The notes beneath the pieces are model-generated. The model was given only the letters and a program-made list of their open reading frames with translations, did no database searches and was not told where the DNA came from. This document shows, in pieces, positions 39,413 through 49,292 of a DNA stretch of 64,000 bases (position 1 is its first letter; every line of letters begins with the position of its first letter). The stretch is taken from positions 127,312 through 191,311 of the forward strand of contig JBOEGF010000011.1 in NCBI GenBank assembly GCA_050633305.1, written 5' to 3'. The position numbers and the translations under genes were made by a program. This DNA comes from Nannocystales bacterium (GTDB taxonomy: Bacteria > Myxococcota_A > Polyangia > Nannocystales > Nannocystaceae).

Positions 39413-39611
39413 GGCAGCCAGAGCGCAGCCTATAGCAGCGCGGGGATGGGCACGTCAAAAAGATCGCGATCAGCGCGAGACAGAGGTGGCGGTGTACGGG
39501 AGCTGCACACAAGTACACCGTGCCCCATACGGTGCAGATGCGGGGGTCTTTCCCTGGGGCAGTTTCCTGCTACGATGACACTTCGTTCGCGGACTGCGGA
39601 CGTTCGCGGTC

Positions 39612-40526
39612 ATGCGCGACGAAACCATCGTCACCGTCATCCACAAAGTGGAGGACACCGGGCTCCATCGCCACAAGAAGGACGCGTGCATCGTGGTCAT
39701 CTACGGTGCGGAGCTTGGTCGTAAGTACAACATCGAGAACCGGGAGATGACCATCGGCCGGGGAACGACGGCTGATATCTGCGTTTCGCAGGATTCCGTG
39801 TCGCGTACGCACGCTACGGTGATGATCGACGACGCCGGGGTAAAGATTCGCGACAACGAGTCGACGAACGGCACCTACGTCAACGACCACAAGATTCACG
39901 AGGCCTACTTGAAGGACGGCGACCTCATCAAGGTCGGCCGCAGCATCTTCAAGTTCCTCACCGGCGACAACATCGAGAGCTCGTATCACGAGGAGATCTA
40001 CCGGCTGTCGACCGTCGACGGCCTCACGCAGATCTTCAACAAGCGCTACTTCGTCGAGACGCTCGAGCGCGAGCTCAGCCGGGCCCGTCGTTACGACCGT
40101 CCGCTCGCGCTGATGATGTTCGACATCGACCACTTCAAGCGCTGCAACGACACCTTCGGGCATCGCGCCGGGGACCACGTCCTGCGACACATGGCCGACA
40201 TCGTCCGGCAGCGGGCGCGCAAGGTCGACGTTGTCGCCCGGTATGGCGGAGAAGAGTTCGCGGTGATCCTGCCGGAGATCGATGAACTCGGCGCCGCCCA
40301 CTTCGCAGAGACCGTCCGAGCAATGGTCGAGCAAGAGGAGTTCACCTTCGAAGGTCGGCGGATCCCGTTGACGATCTCGATCGGTGTCGCCGAGCTTGCG
40401 ACCGAGGTTGCCAACGCTGACGACCTGATCAAGCGCGCGGATGCCCGGCTGTACCTCGCGAAGCAGGGCGGCCGAAACCGCGTAGTCTGGACCGACGACC
40501 CGAATCTCTCGGTTGCGGTTCGGTAG
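39612..40526 (+). CDS. FHA-domain diguanylate cyclase
   Basis: FHA motifs IGR, SVSRTHA, STNGTYVN, LKDGDLI; GGDEF domain with DGLTQIFNKR, DIDHFKRCNDTFGH, RKVD I-site and YGGEEF. Confidence 0.93.
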   Translation: MRDETIVTVIHKVEDTGLHRHKKDACIVVIYGAELGRKYNIENREMTIGRGTTADICVSQDSVSRTHATVMIDDAGVKIRDNESTNGTYVNDHKIHEAYLKDGDLIKVGRSIFKFLTGDNIESSYHEEIYRLSTVDGLTQIFNKRYFVETLERELSRARRYDRPLALMMFDIDHFKRCNDTFGHRAGDHVLRHMADIVRQRARKVDVVARYGGEEFAVILPEIDELGAAHFAETVRAMVEQEEFTFEGRRIPLTISIGVAELATEVANADDLIKRADARLYLAKQGGRNRVVWTDDPNLSVAVR

Positions 40527-40638
40527 GTTGTCGGCCTCCCCCGCGGCCTCCGCTGGCCCCTCCGTGGCCCGTCCACAGGACGACGCGTTGCAGGGCCCGG
40601 TTGGCTCGACTTCGCCGTGGTGATACCCAGTTGAGGTC

Positions 40639-42507
40639 GTGTCCGCGCCTACCCGCATCGAGGTGATGCCTGCCGCGCTCGCCGACCAGATCGCGGCGGG
40701 GGAGGTGGTCGAACGGCCTGCTTCGATCGTCAAGGAGCTGGTCGAGAACGCCATCGATGCGGGCGCGACCCGGGTCGAGGTCGAGCTGACGCGCGGCGGG
40801 GCTGAGCGCATCGTCGTGCTCGACGACGGCGGAGGGATGCATCCCAAAGACCTTCCGCTGTCCATCACACGACACGCCACGTCGAAGGTTCGCCAAGCCT
40901 CCGACCTGGTCGAGATTCGAACCCTGGGGTTTCGGGGGGAGGCGCTGGCCTCGATCGCCGCGGTGGCTGACGTCACGATGGAATCCCGCCGGACCGGGGA
41001 CTCCGCGGGCACCCGCATGCGCTCCCGTCCTGGGCTCGACCCGGAGCTCTGCCCGGTCGGGCGCCCGGTTGGCACGCGGGTCGAGGTGGCCTCGTTGTTC
41101 GTCAACGTACCCGCGCGGCGAAAATTCCTGCGCTCGGAAGCGACCGAGGTCGGCCATTGCACGGACACGATGGTGCGGTTGGGCATCTCGCATCCCAGCG
41201 TGCATCTCCGTTTGAAACACGGCGCCCGGACGCTGCTCGAGCTCCCCGCAGCCGAGTTGGCCGAGCGAATCGCCGCCGTGCTGGCGCGTCGCGTCCGGGC
41301 CCCGATCACGCGGGTGCAGGGGGTACACGACGGTGTCGAGGTCGAGGCGTTCCTCTCTCCGCCCACCGCGTCGGTGAAGGGTCGTGGCCAGTCGTTTGTG
41401 GTCGTTCGCCGTCGTGTCGTTCGGGAGCGTGCGCTCTCCGGCGCGATCTCGGCGGCCTATGGTGACCTCTTGCCTGCAGGTCACGGACCGGTCGCGTGTT
41501 TGCGGGTGGACCCTCCGGCGGGGGAGGTGGACGTCAACGTGCATCCCCAGAAAGCCGAGGTCCGCTTCTCCAACCCACAGGCGGTGTACGCCGCGGCCCG
41601 GCAAGTGTTGACCTCGGCGGCCGCACGATGGGACACACCGCCCGCCGAGCCCCCGGCGCAGACACGGTTCGCCGCAGGGGCCCGTGCCGCGCTCGATCGC
41701 TCCGCGCGTACGGAATCCTCGACAGGTGCCGCGCCTCGCTTTTCCGCGGGAGCTGCTTCGGGGTCCACCTACCGCCTTCGCACCGCGGCAACACAGACCA
41801 ACTACGACGGGCACCGTGCCGACGCGCGTGCGGCCGCGGGGCGACTTCGGGAGCGTTTGGCCGACGCGCGCCGTCCGGAGCCAATGTCGTCGCAGCGGGA
41901 GTTCCCGGTTCCCGCTGCCGTCCCAGAGCCGAGGACCTCCGATTCCAGCGAAGGTCCTGCATTGTCCCTCTTGACCTGCCTGCCGGGCCCCGTCGCGATG
42001 CTGCGGTGGGGGGACACCGTGGTCTCGGTCGACCTCAGGAGGTTGCGCAGTCACCTCGTCTACGAACGTTTGGTTGCTGAACTCGGGGGCGGAGGGGTCG
42101 GCGCACAGGGCCTGCTCGCCCCGGTGGTCGTCCGTCGAAGCGCACGGGATGTTGAGCTGTGTTTGTCTCGCGCGACGGCTCTGCAAGAACTTGGCGTGGT
42201 GCTCGAGGCCTTCGGTGAGGACGCCCTGTTGGTTCGGGCTGTGCCCGCTCAGCTTCGAGACTGTGTCGACGAACCGGACATCGATGACCTCGTCGACAAG
42301 ATGGTCGCGTGGCTGCGGGTCGAGTCTCCGAGCGACGATACGCAGCAGACGGGGACGCACGGGATCGCGGCGGTCCTTTCTCAGGCGCAGGGGGCTGACC
42401 CCGCGCCACGACTGGCCCGGCGCTGGGTTCGAGAACTCATCGAGCAAGATCGGGACCTGGACAAGGTGCCCGGTATCCGATGTTTCGAGGCTGGGGACCT
42501 GACGTGA
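40639..42507 (+). CDS. mutL: DNA mismatch repair protein MutL
   Basis: IAAGEVVERPASIVKELVENAIDAG, HATSK, GFRGEALASI, VDVNVHPQKAEVRF; followed by miaA in the common gene order. Confidence 0.95.
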   Translation: MSAPTRIEVMPAALADQIAAGEVVERPASIVKELVENAIDAGATRVEVELTRGGAERIVVLDDGGGMHPKDLPLSITRHATSKVRQASDLVEIRTLGFRGEALASIAAVADVTMESRRTGDSAGTRMRSRPGLDPELCPVGRPVGTRVEVASLFVNVPARRKFLRSEATEVGHCTDTMVRLGISHPSVHLRLKHGARTLLELPAAELAERIAAVLARRVRAPITRVQGVHDGVEVEAFLSPPTASVKGRGQSFVVVRRRVVRERALSGAISAAYGDLLPAGHGPVACLRVDPPAGEVDVNVHPQKAEVRFSNPQAVYAAARQVLTSAAARWDTPPAEPPAQTRFAAGARAALDRSARTESSTGAAPRFSAGAASGSTYRLRTAATQTNYDGHRADARAAAGRLRERLADARRPEPMSSQREFPVPAAVPEPRTSDSSEGPALSLLTCLPGPVAMLRWGDTVVSVDLRRLRSHLVYERLVAELGGGGVGAQGLLAPVVVRRSARDVELCLSRATALQELGVVLEAFGEDALLVRAVPAQLRDCVDEPDIDDLVDKMVAWLRVESPSDDTQQTGTHGIAAVLSQAQGADPAPRLARRWVRELIEQDRDLDKVPGIRCFEAGDLT

Positions 42508-43439
42508 ACGAGCCGCTTCCACGGGTGCTCTGCGTCGTGGGGCCAACGGGGTCAGGAAAAGCGGCGCTCGGTATGGACGTTGCCGAGCGCGTAGGGCTGC
42601 CGATCGTGGTCTGCGATTCGGTCAAGGTCTACCGCCGGCTCGACATCGGGTCGGCGAAGCCGTCCGCCGAAGCTCAGGCGCGGGTGCACCACGCGATGAT
42701 CGACCTGGTCGATCCGGACGGCACCTTCACCGCGCGCGAGTTCGCGACGCAGGCCTGGTCCCACCTCGGGGATCGCGGGTTGCTTGTCGGCGGGACCGGG
42801 TTCTACCTTCGGGCTGCGTTGTGGCGTGCGACCGGGGAGGGGGAGGCGGGCACCCCGACCCTGGAGGGCGCACGGCGGGAGAGTTTCGAGTCCGGCTGGG
42901 CCGAAGCCGAGCGCGGTGATCCGGGGGCGACACATCGCGCCTTGGCTGTGGCCGACGCGGCGACGGCAGAGACGATCCACCCGAACAACTGGGTGCGGGT
43001 CGTCCGCGCCCTGGGTCTTTGCCACGCGGCCGGAGGCCCGATCTCCGCGCTGCGGGCCGCCGATCCCCCGCGCCCCCGCGCACGGATGCTGTTTGTGTGG
43101 CTCGATCCCGGCGACGCCCTGCGTGAGATGCAGGTGCGCAGAGTCGATCACATGCTTGCCCGCGGCTGGCTGGCCGAGGTGGAGAGCCTTGTCGCCGACG
43201 GATATGATGAGCATCACAAGGCGATGCGCTCGTTGGGCTACAAACAGCTCGTGGACGTCGTGAAGGGCCGCACCGGCCTTGCGGCGGCACGCGAGGACAT
43301 CCTCAAGGCCACGTGGCAATACGCGCGACGACAGCGAACGTATTTTCGCCATCAACTTCCGGCCGCGGATGTCGTACACATCCCGGAGTCGGGTTCCATG
43401 CCCTGGGACAAGGTCCAAGCCTTTCTCGCGCAGGGCTAA
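42504..43439 (+). CDS. miaA: tRNA dimethylallyltransferase
   Basis: VVGPTGSGK, DSVKVYRRLDIGSAKP, VGGTGFY, SLGYKQ, YARRQRTYF; GTG overlapping the mutL stop. Confidence 0.92.
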   Translation: MNEPLPRVLCVVGPTGSGKAALGMDVAERVGLPIVVCDSVKVYRRLDIGSAKPSAEAQARVHHAMIDLVDPDGTFTAREFATQAWSHLGDRGLLVGGTGFYLRAALWRATGEGEAGTPTLEGARRESFESGWAEAERGDPGATHRALAVADAATAETIHPNNWVRVVRALGLCHAAGGPISALRAADPPRPRARMLFVWLDPGDALREMQVRRVDHMLARGWLAEVESLVADGYDEHHKAMRSLGYKQLVDVVKGRTGLAAAREDILKATWQYARRQRTYFRHQLPAADVVHIPESGSMPWDKVQAFLAQG

Positions 43440-43463
43440 GCGCACCGACGGAAGAACACGCCG

Positions 43464-44462
43464 ATGTCGACCAAGGTACTCGAGTTCGAACGCCCCATCG
43501 TGGAGCTCGAAGGGAAGATCAAGGAGCTCAAGCACCTCAGCGGCGGAAGCCGAGAGATGGCGCAAGAGATCGAGCGCCTCGAAGAGAAGGCTCGCGAGCT
43601 TCAGAAAGAACGCTTCGCTTCGCTTACGCCGTGGGAGCAGGTCCAGCTCGCCAAGCACCCCGATCGTCCATACACGCTCGATTACATCGGCGAGATGACG
43701 ACCGACTTCATGGAGCTTCGTGGGGACCGTGCGTTCGCGGACGACCCGGCGATCGTGGGTGGCTTGTGCCGCTTTGGCGAGCGTACGGTGATGATCATCG
43801 GCCATCAGAAGGGCCGGAACACCAAGGAAAACCTGTTCCGCAACTTCGGCATGGCGCGGCCCGAGGGTTACCGCAAAGCCCAGCGTCTGATGAGACTGGC
43901 CGAGCAGTTCGGGCATCCCATCCTGTGTTTCATCGACACCGCCGGGGCGTACCCGGGCTTGGGTGCCGAGGAGCGCGGCCAGTCCGAAGCGATCTCGTCC
44001 AGCCTCGAGCTTCTCTCGCGCCTCAAGGTGCCCACCATCTCGGTGGTTATCGGTGAAGGCGGTTCGGGCGGCGCGCTGGCGATCGGACTCACGGACCGGA
44101 TCCTGATGCTCGAGCACGCGGTCTACTCGGTCATCTCTCCTCGAGGGTGCGCCAGCATTCTGTGGAAGGACCCCGAAGCCGAGCAGACCGCCGCTGCGCA
44201 GCTGAAGATGACCAGCCACGACCTTCGCCAGCTCGGCATCTGCGACGAGATCATTCCCGAGGCCGTGGGGGGCGCCCACCGTGGACTCACCACGACCGCC
44301 TCCGCCCTCTCGGAGACCCTGCACAAGCATCTTTCCGAGTTGTGCGCTCTGGGTCCCGACGCGCTGGTGCAGCAGCGCTACGAGAAGTACCGGCTCATCG
44401 GACACCTCGAAAACGACACGGACGTGACCGGACCTGCGGGACCGGGCGGTTCGCACCGCTAG
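43464..44462 (+). CDS. accA: Acetyl-CoA carboxylase carboxyltransferase alpha subunit
   Basis: LEFERPI, HPDRPYTLDYI, RNFGMARPEGYRKA, IDTAGAYPG, IGEGGSGGALA. Confidence 0.97.
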   Translation: MSTKVLEFERPIVELEGKIKELKHLSGGSREMAQEIERLEEKARELQKERFASLTPWEQVQLAKHPDRPYTLDYIGEMTTDFMELRGDRAFADDPAIVGGLCRFGERTVMIIGHQKGRNTKENLFRNFGMARPEGYRKAQRLMRLAEQFGHPILCFIDTAGAYPGLGAEERGQSEAISSSLELLSRLKVPTISVVIGEGGSGGALAIGLTDRILMLEHAVYSVISPRGCASILWKDPEAEQTAAAQLKMTSHDLRQLGICDEIIPEAVGGAHRGLTTTASALSETLHKHLSELCALGPDALVQQRYEKYRLIGHLENDTDVTGPAGPGGSHR

Positions 44463-44477
44463 TCGCGTCTCGCTCGG

Positions 44478-46646
44478 ATGTTCGACGAGTTTCTGCTGCT
44501 GACGACGGCGCTGGTGGGCATGGCCCTGCTGCGCTCGTCTCGACGATCCGAGGACAGCCCCCGAGGCTACGTCTGGGTTCTTGCGGCGATCCTCGGGGTG
44601 ACGCTGCTCGGCGTGGCCGAGGATTCTCGGTTTGTCGGCATCGTGTCGATGGGCCTGACGGTGCTCGTTGTCGTGCTGCCGTGGATCCTCGAGGCCGCCG
44701 CACGGCTCTTCTTCGGTCGGGGCATGTTGCGGTTCGCCGTGGCGGCCGCCGGCGCTCGCGCGGTGCTGATGCTCGGCGCCGGACTTGGCCGCCAACAGCC
44801 GATCTTGCGGGGGCTTGCGGTGCTCGAGCGCGAAGGCGTCGATGCGGCGGTCGGCTACTTCCGGGGACTCGCACACGAGACGGAAGACGGTGGCGAGCTG
44901 GCGCTGATCAACGAGCAGATCGTCTCGATGCTGCTGTACGGACAGCGATGGGACGAAGGGATCCGGCACTACGAGTCCCGGTTCCACCCGCGCTACGCCG
45001 CGCTACGCCCGGCCCTGGTGCTGGGCCTGATGCGGGCGTACGGCGAGGTCGGGGCTTTGGAGCGCGCGGCCGCACTGCTGCAGGCGCTCGAAGACGGCCC
45101 GGTGGGCAACGATCCGCGCTCGCTCGGGCTGGTCTCGCAGGCCCGTCTCACCTTCTTGGTCTACGCGGGGGCCGAGGGGACGGTTGTCGATGCGTTGGGC
45201 AGCACCGCTCGCCGTCAGCTTGGGCTCTCGGCGGCCAGCGGCGCGCTGTTTCGGGGTCTCGTCGCTCGGCAAGCAGGCGATGCGGGTCGGGCCCGCAGTG
45301 AGCTCGAGCAGGTCGAGGACCTGGCAGGCCGCCGTGATGACCGTGTCGTGGAGTCTGCCCGGCGCGCGATGGGGGAACTGGGTGCTCCACCCGCGCTGCT
45401 GGAGCCGGTGAGCATCGCGGATGAGTTGGTGCCGTACGTCGAGGCGGTGGCCGCACGCCTCAAGGCGTTCGTTCGGCTCGCGCCGTCGGTCAAGCGCTCC
45501 GGGACTCTGATCGCCACACCCGCTCTCTTGGTGGTCCTGGGCGTCGGCTACTTCGCGATGCGTTGGCTCGATGCCGGCGGCCTCGCCCTTCTACAGATCG
45601 GCGCGTCCACGCCCGACATGATCCGCGGCGCGGGGTGGTGGCGGATCTGGACCGGGAGCTGGGTGCACGGCGACCCGCTTGGGCTGCTGCTCGACCTGTA
45701 CACGATCTGGTTCGCCGCACCCTTGGTCGAGCGGATGTCCGGAACCGGGAGGGTGGTGATCATCGCGCTGCTGGGTTCGGCGGTCGGCGTGTTTGTCAGC
45801 GCGAGCCTGGGCCCGCAACTCGGTATGGTGCTTGGCGGCGGAGGCCCTGCCGCCACAGCTCTGCTTGGCGCCGCGGTGGCGTTGCTGTTCAAACCCGGGG
45901 ATGGCGGTGTTCGGCAGGCCGCACGGCGCCGAATGATGGTCCCGCTGGTGATGGTCGCAATCGTGCAAGCCGTGTCTGCGATCCCCGGTTTCCTCGCGGT
46001 CGAAGCGTCGTGGCATGGCCTTGCGGCCGCGGTGGTCGTGGGCGCGCTGCTCGCATTCCTCCCCAGCCGCGTCGCGATGCGGTGGGTCGAGCTGGGGACC
46101 GCACTCTTGTTGGTCGCCGGATGCTCGTTCGCGTTGGTTCGCGCGGCGCGACAGGAGCCCTTGTCCTTGGTGTCGGACGCCCCGTGGACGGCCTTCGAAT
46201 CCGGCCCCGCAACGATCTCGACCCCGCGTACGTTTGAGTTCATCGACGAGCGGCAGGACGTCGCCGGGCTGCCGCTGCCGCTGCAGATCGGTGTGTTGGA
46301 TGGGCTCGCGCTCCGGGCCGGGGATCTCGCTCAAGTGGCGGTGGTCGTGCCGGATCATGACGCGGAGCTGACGGTCCCCGGATTGCTCTTGCTCGACCCC
46401 AGCCTCGACGCGGAGCTGACGCTGGTTCCGCGGGAGCTGCCCGAGGCATTCGTCGAAATGGGCGTGGAGGCCGACGCCTACGCGGTGCGCCGCAATGGAG
46501 CGGAGCTGGGGATCACGCTAGAGCGCCGCCTGGGTCCAGCCCCGGATGACCCCTGCGTGGTGCTCTTTGCCGCTCCTGGGGCCCTCGAGCGCCAGGCTTC
46601 CATCTACGCCCGGATCCTCACCGAGGCTAGATTGTCCCAGCCCTGA
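44478..46646 (+). CDS. Membrane protein with TPR-like region and rhomboid-like domain, probably catalytically inactive
   Basis: N-terminal TMs, helical repeats, then LLQIGA...GWWRIWTGSWVH...VERMSG rhomboid pattern; the catalytic GxSG motif is not present. Confidence 0.7.
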   Translation: MFDEFLLLTTALVGMALLRSSRRSEDSPRGYVWVLAAILGVTLLGVAEDSRFVGIVSMGLTVLVVVLPWILEAAARLFFGRGMLRFAVAAAGARAVLMLGAGLGRQQPILRGLAVLEREGVDAAVGYFRGLAHETEDGGELALINEQIVSMLLYGQRWDEGIRHYESRFHPRYAALRPALVLGLMRAYGEVGALERAAALLQALEDGPVGNDPRSLGLVSQARLTFLVYAGAEGTVVDALGSTARRQLGLSAASGALFRGLVARQAGDAGRARSELEQVEDLAGRRDDRVVESARRAMGELGAPPALLEPVSIADELVPYVEAVAARLKAFVRLAPSVKRSGTLIATPALLVVLGVGYFAMRWLDAGGLALLQIGASTPDMIRGAGWWRIWTGSWVHGDPLGLLLDLYTIWFAAPLVERMSGTGRVVIIALLGSAVGVFVSASLGPQLGMVLGGGGPAATALLGAAVALLFKPGDGGVRQAARRRMMVPLVMVAIVQAVSAIPGFLAVEASWHGLAAAVVVGALLAFLPSRVAMRWVELGTALLLVAGCSFALVRAARQEPLSLVSDAPWTAFESGPATISTPRTFEFIDERQDVAGLPLPLQIGVLDGLALRAGDLAQVAVVVPDHDAELTVPGLLLLDPSLDAELTLVPRELPEAFVEMGVEADAYAVRRNGAELGITLERRLGPAPDDPCVVLFAAPGALERQASIYARILTEARLSQP

Positions 46647-46682
46647 GCAGTTTGGCTGAGGCTGGCTATACTTCCAGCCGGC

Positions 46683-47681
46683 GTGTCGCGGCGTAGACGC
46701 AGCAACCCCGTCGGCCCTGTGGTGGGGGCGATTGTGGGTTCCTTCCTGGCTCACCTGGTGTTGTGGCCGGTCGGCGAACGCATCGTGAAGCTCGGCCGCG
46801 ACCGGGCGCTCCCGGAGCGCGAGAACACGGTCATGGAGGTCACGCTCAGCCCGGCGCCGACGCCGGCGGACGACGACGAGGTGAGCAACGGAAAGACGGT
46901 GCGGCTGGATGCCGTCGCGGACGAACGGCCTCCGAAGGATGCGACCCGCGTCTCGGAGTTCGACAACAGCACGGACCGCGAGACCGTGGCGCCCAGGCGC
47001 CGGCGGTCCCGAGCCACGATTCCGCAGGGGACTCCGAAGCCCAACGATGACCACAACGCGGGTCCGAAGGCGATGAGCCCGGACGCCCCGGCGCCGCGGG
47101 GGACCGCACTTCCACTAGGCGGGGCTCGGTCGGCCGGGTCGGACGGCGCGCGTTCGGGTAGCAGCGATGACGCTTCGACGCCGACACCCCCGGCTCCGAC
47201 CTTTGCGCCCAGTCCTCGCTCGCTCAAGGGCTTGCCCAGGTCTCGGTCGCGAGAGCGGGGCGCACCCGGCTCGACCGAGAAAATCGACGATGTGGAGGAG
47301 GGAGATGCGTCGGTCCTCAACGCGCAGCGGTGGAAATACGCTTCGTTCTTCAACCGCATGCGGGACGGCATCGACTCCCACTGGGACCCCGCGGCACGGC
47401 GACGGGAGCGAGACCCTGACGGTCGTATCAGCGGAACCAAGACCCGTATCACCCGGGTGATGATGATCCTCAACCCCGACGGCAGTCTGCACAAGGTCAA
47501 GACACTCAAGAGCAGCAATGTCGACTACCTCGACGAGGAGGCGATCCAGGCGATTCGGCAGGCAGCGCCGTTCCCCAATCCACCTCTGGGCATGCTCGAC
47601 CCTGAAGATGGCAAACTTCACTTGCCCGTTGGCTTCATCGTCGAGATGGGCAAAGCCCGCATCTTCCGGATCAAGCGCTAG
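46683..47681 (+). CDS. TonB family protein (TonB C-terminal domain)
   Basis: N-terminal TM with SFLAH (SxxxH), Pro-rich linker, YASFFNRMR...W...LNPDGSL...SSNVDYLDEEAIQAIRQAAPFPNPP. Confidence 0.85.
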   Translation: MSRRRRSNPVGPVVGAIVGSFLAHLVLWPVGERIVKLGRDRALPERENTVMEVTLSPAPTPADDDEVSNGKTVRLDAVADERPPKDATRVSEFDNSTDRETVAPRRRRSRATIPQGTPKPNDDHNAGPKAMSPDAPAPRGTALPLGGARSAGSDGARSGSSDDASTPTPPAPTFAPSPRSLKGLPRSRSRERGAPGSTEKIDDVEEGDASVLNAQRWKYASFFNRMRDGIDSHWDPAARRRERDPDGRISGTKTRITRVMMILNPDGSLHKVKTLKSSNVDYLDEEAIQAIRQAAPFPNPPLGMLDPEDGKLHLPVGFIVEMGKARIFRIKR

Positions 47682-47705
47682 CTAGCGGCCGTCCGTTCCA
47701 CGACG

Positions 47706-48266
47706 CTAGGTTGCCGTGGTCTGGGCGGCCGTTTCAACGGTGGCCTTGAGGTCGCGCATGAACGTGTCGAAGTCGGGCCGGAAGTCCGGGAGCTTCTTCG
47801 CGATCATGCCCATCATCGACCCCGTCATCACCTCCGCCATGGTGACATCGGTGGAGCCGTCGGGCAGGGCCGTGAGGGTGAAGGTGCGGACGCCCTTGAA
47901 CATCGCGTTGCCGTCCTGCCACACCAAGCGGGTGGGAGCTTCGAAGGTGCTCACCTCGAGGTTGAAGGTACGCTTGGGGTCGAGCTTGACCTTCAGCTTG
48001 ATCTCCTCGCCCGGCGCGATGGTCCCTTCGAGAGAGGTCACTGTGGAGTTCCAGCTCGGGTACGCGGGCCCGTCGGTCAGTACGGCCCAGACCGCGGCCG
48101 GGGGTGCATCGATGTGAACCCCGACCCGCGTCTCCCGGTAGCGCTTTCCGTCGAGCTGGCTCGAGGCCTCACCGACAGCGATCGGCGCGGCGGATTCTGC
48201 CGGCGCAGTCGACGCGCATCCGAGCAGATTGACGAAGAGGGCGCCGAAGGAGAGCCGGTTGGTCAT
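47706..48266 (-). CDS. SRPBCC family protein (lipoprotein)
   Basis: Lipobox LLGC; IDAPPAAVWAVLTDGPAYPSWN; RLVW; C-terminal helix. Confidence 0.85.
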   Translation of the reverse strand: MTNRLSFGALFVNLLGCASTAPAESAAPIAVGEASSQLDGKRYRETRVGVHIDAPPAAVWAVLTDGPAYPSWNSTVTSLEGTIAPGEEIKLKVKLDPKRTFNLEVSTFEAPTRLVWQDGNAMFKGVRTFTLTALPDGSTDVTMAEVMTGSMMGMIAKKLPDFRPDFDTFMRDLKATVETAAQTTAT

Positions 48267-48325
48267 GGCTTGCAGTCAACCACCATTGCTTCCAACGCAC
48301 TAGATAGTAATAATGGATGTCTCTT

Positions 48326-48340
48326 TTGCCGAACCAGCAA
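48326..48340. promoter_or_regulatory. LysR-type T-N11-A binding site
   Basis: TTGC-CGAACCA-GCAA dyad in the AT-rich divergent intergenic region between the SRPBCC and LysR genes. Confidence 0.6.
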
Positions 48341-48380
48341 GAGTCCACTGCGTGCTCGAGGGCAAGGTGAGGACGTCCCG

Positions 48381-49292
48381 GTGGCCATCGCAGACATCGA
48401 TCTCAACGACCTGGCGGTCTTCACCGAAGTCGTCCGACGCCGGAGCTTCTCCGCGGCCGGCCGTGCGTTGGGCTTGCCGCCCTCGGCCGTCAGTCGACGG
48501 GTCGCGCGGTTGGAGGACCAACTCGGGTATGTGCTGTTGCATCGAACGACGCGCTCGGTAGGGCTGACCCCGGCGGGTCGGATCTACTTCGAGCGGACCG
48601 CTCGCATTCTGCACGACGTCGAGGACGCCGCACGGGCGGTGAGCGAGTTCCGCTCCACCCCGGCGGGTCTCCTCCGCGTGACTGCACCGCCCGATGACGG
48701 CGGCGTGGTGTGGGCGATGCTGACCGGGTTCGTCCGAGACCACCCCGATGTGGACTTGGAGGTCATCCACACCCTCGACCGGGTGGACCTGGTCTCCGAG
48801 GGGATCGACGTCGCGCTTCGGGGTGGGCAACCTCCAGACTCTACGGTGCTGTGCGCCCGAAAACTTGTCGACTCCAGGCTGCTGCTCGTGGCGAGTCCGG
48901 ACTACCTGTCTGCAAAAGGCACCCCCTCGATTCCTGAGGACCTCGCGGAGCACGACTGTGTCGCGATGGACAACTGGGTCCCCAATGCCATTTCCGCACT
49001 CCAAGGCCCCAACGGCCCCGTGAAGGTTGAGTTTCGGAACCGGGTTCGCACCAACCGACAGGAGACCGCCCGCAAGGCAGCCATCGACGGCTTTGGTGTC
49101 GCGCCAGTCGTCGAGATGACCTGTTGGCGAGAACTCGAATCGGGTGCGCTGGTCGAGGTCTTGCCCGGAGCGCTCCCGGGGCCCTCGCCGATGTATGCGG
49201 TCTATCCCTCGGCGCGTGGCACGAGTGCGGCGGTGTTGGCACTGGTCGATCACCTGGTGGCCGTGGTGCCGACCCTGCTGCCCTCACCGTGA
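48381..49292 (+). CDS. LysR family transcriptional regulator (CrgA/DmlR-like)
   Basis: DLNDLAVF...SFSAAGRALG...SAVSRRVARLEDQLG...LLHRTTRSVGLTPAG; PAGLLRVT; VDLVSEGIDVALR. Confidence 0.93.
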   Translation: MAIADIDLNDLAVFTEVVRRRSFSAAGRALGLPPSAVSRRVARLEDQLGYVLLHRTTRSVGLTPAGRIYFERTARILHDVEDAARAVSEFRSTPAGLLRVTAPPDDGGVVWAMLTGFVRDHPDVDLEVIHTLDRVDLVSEGIDVALRGGQPPDSTVLCARKLVDSRLLLVASPDYLSAKGTPSIPEDLAEHDCVAMDNWVPNAISALQGPNGPVKVEFRNRVRTNRQETARKAAIDGFGVAPVVEMTCWRELESGALVEVLPGALPGPSPMYAVYPSARGTSAAVLALVDHLVAVVPTLLPSP

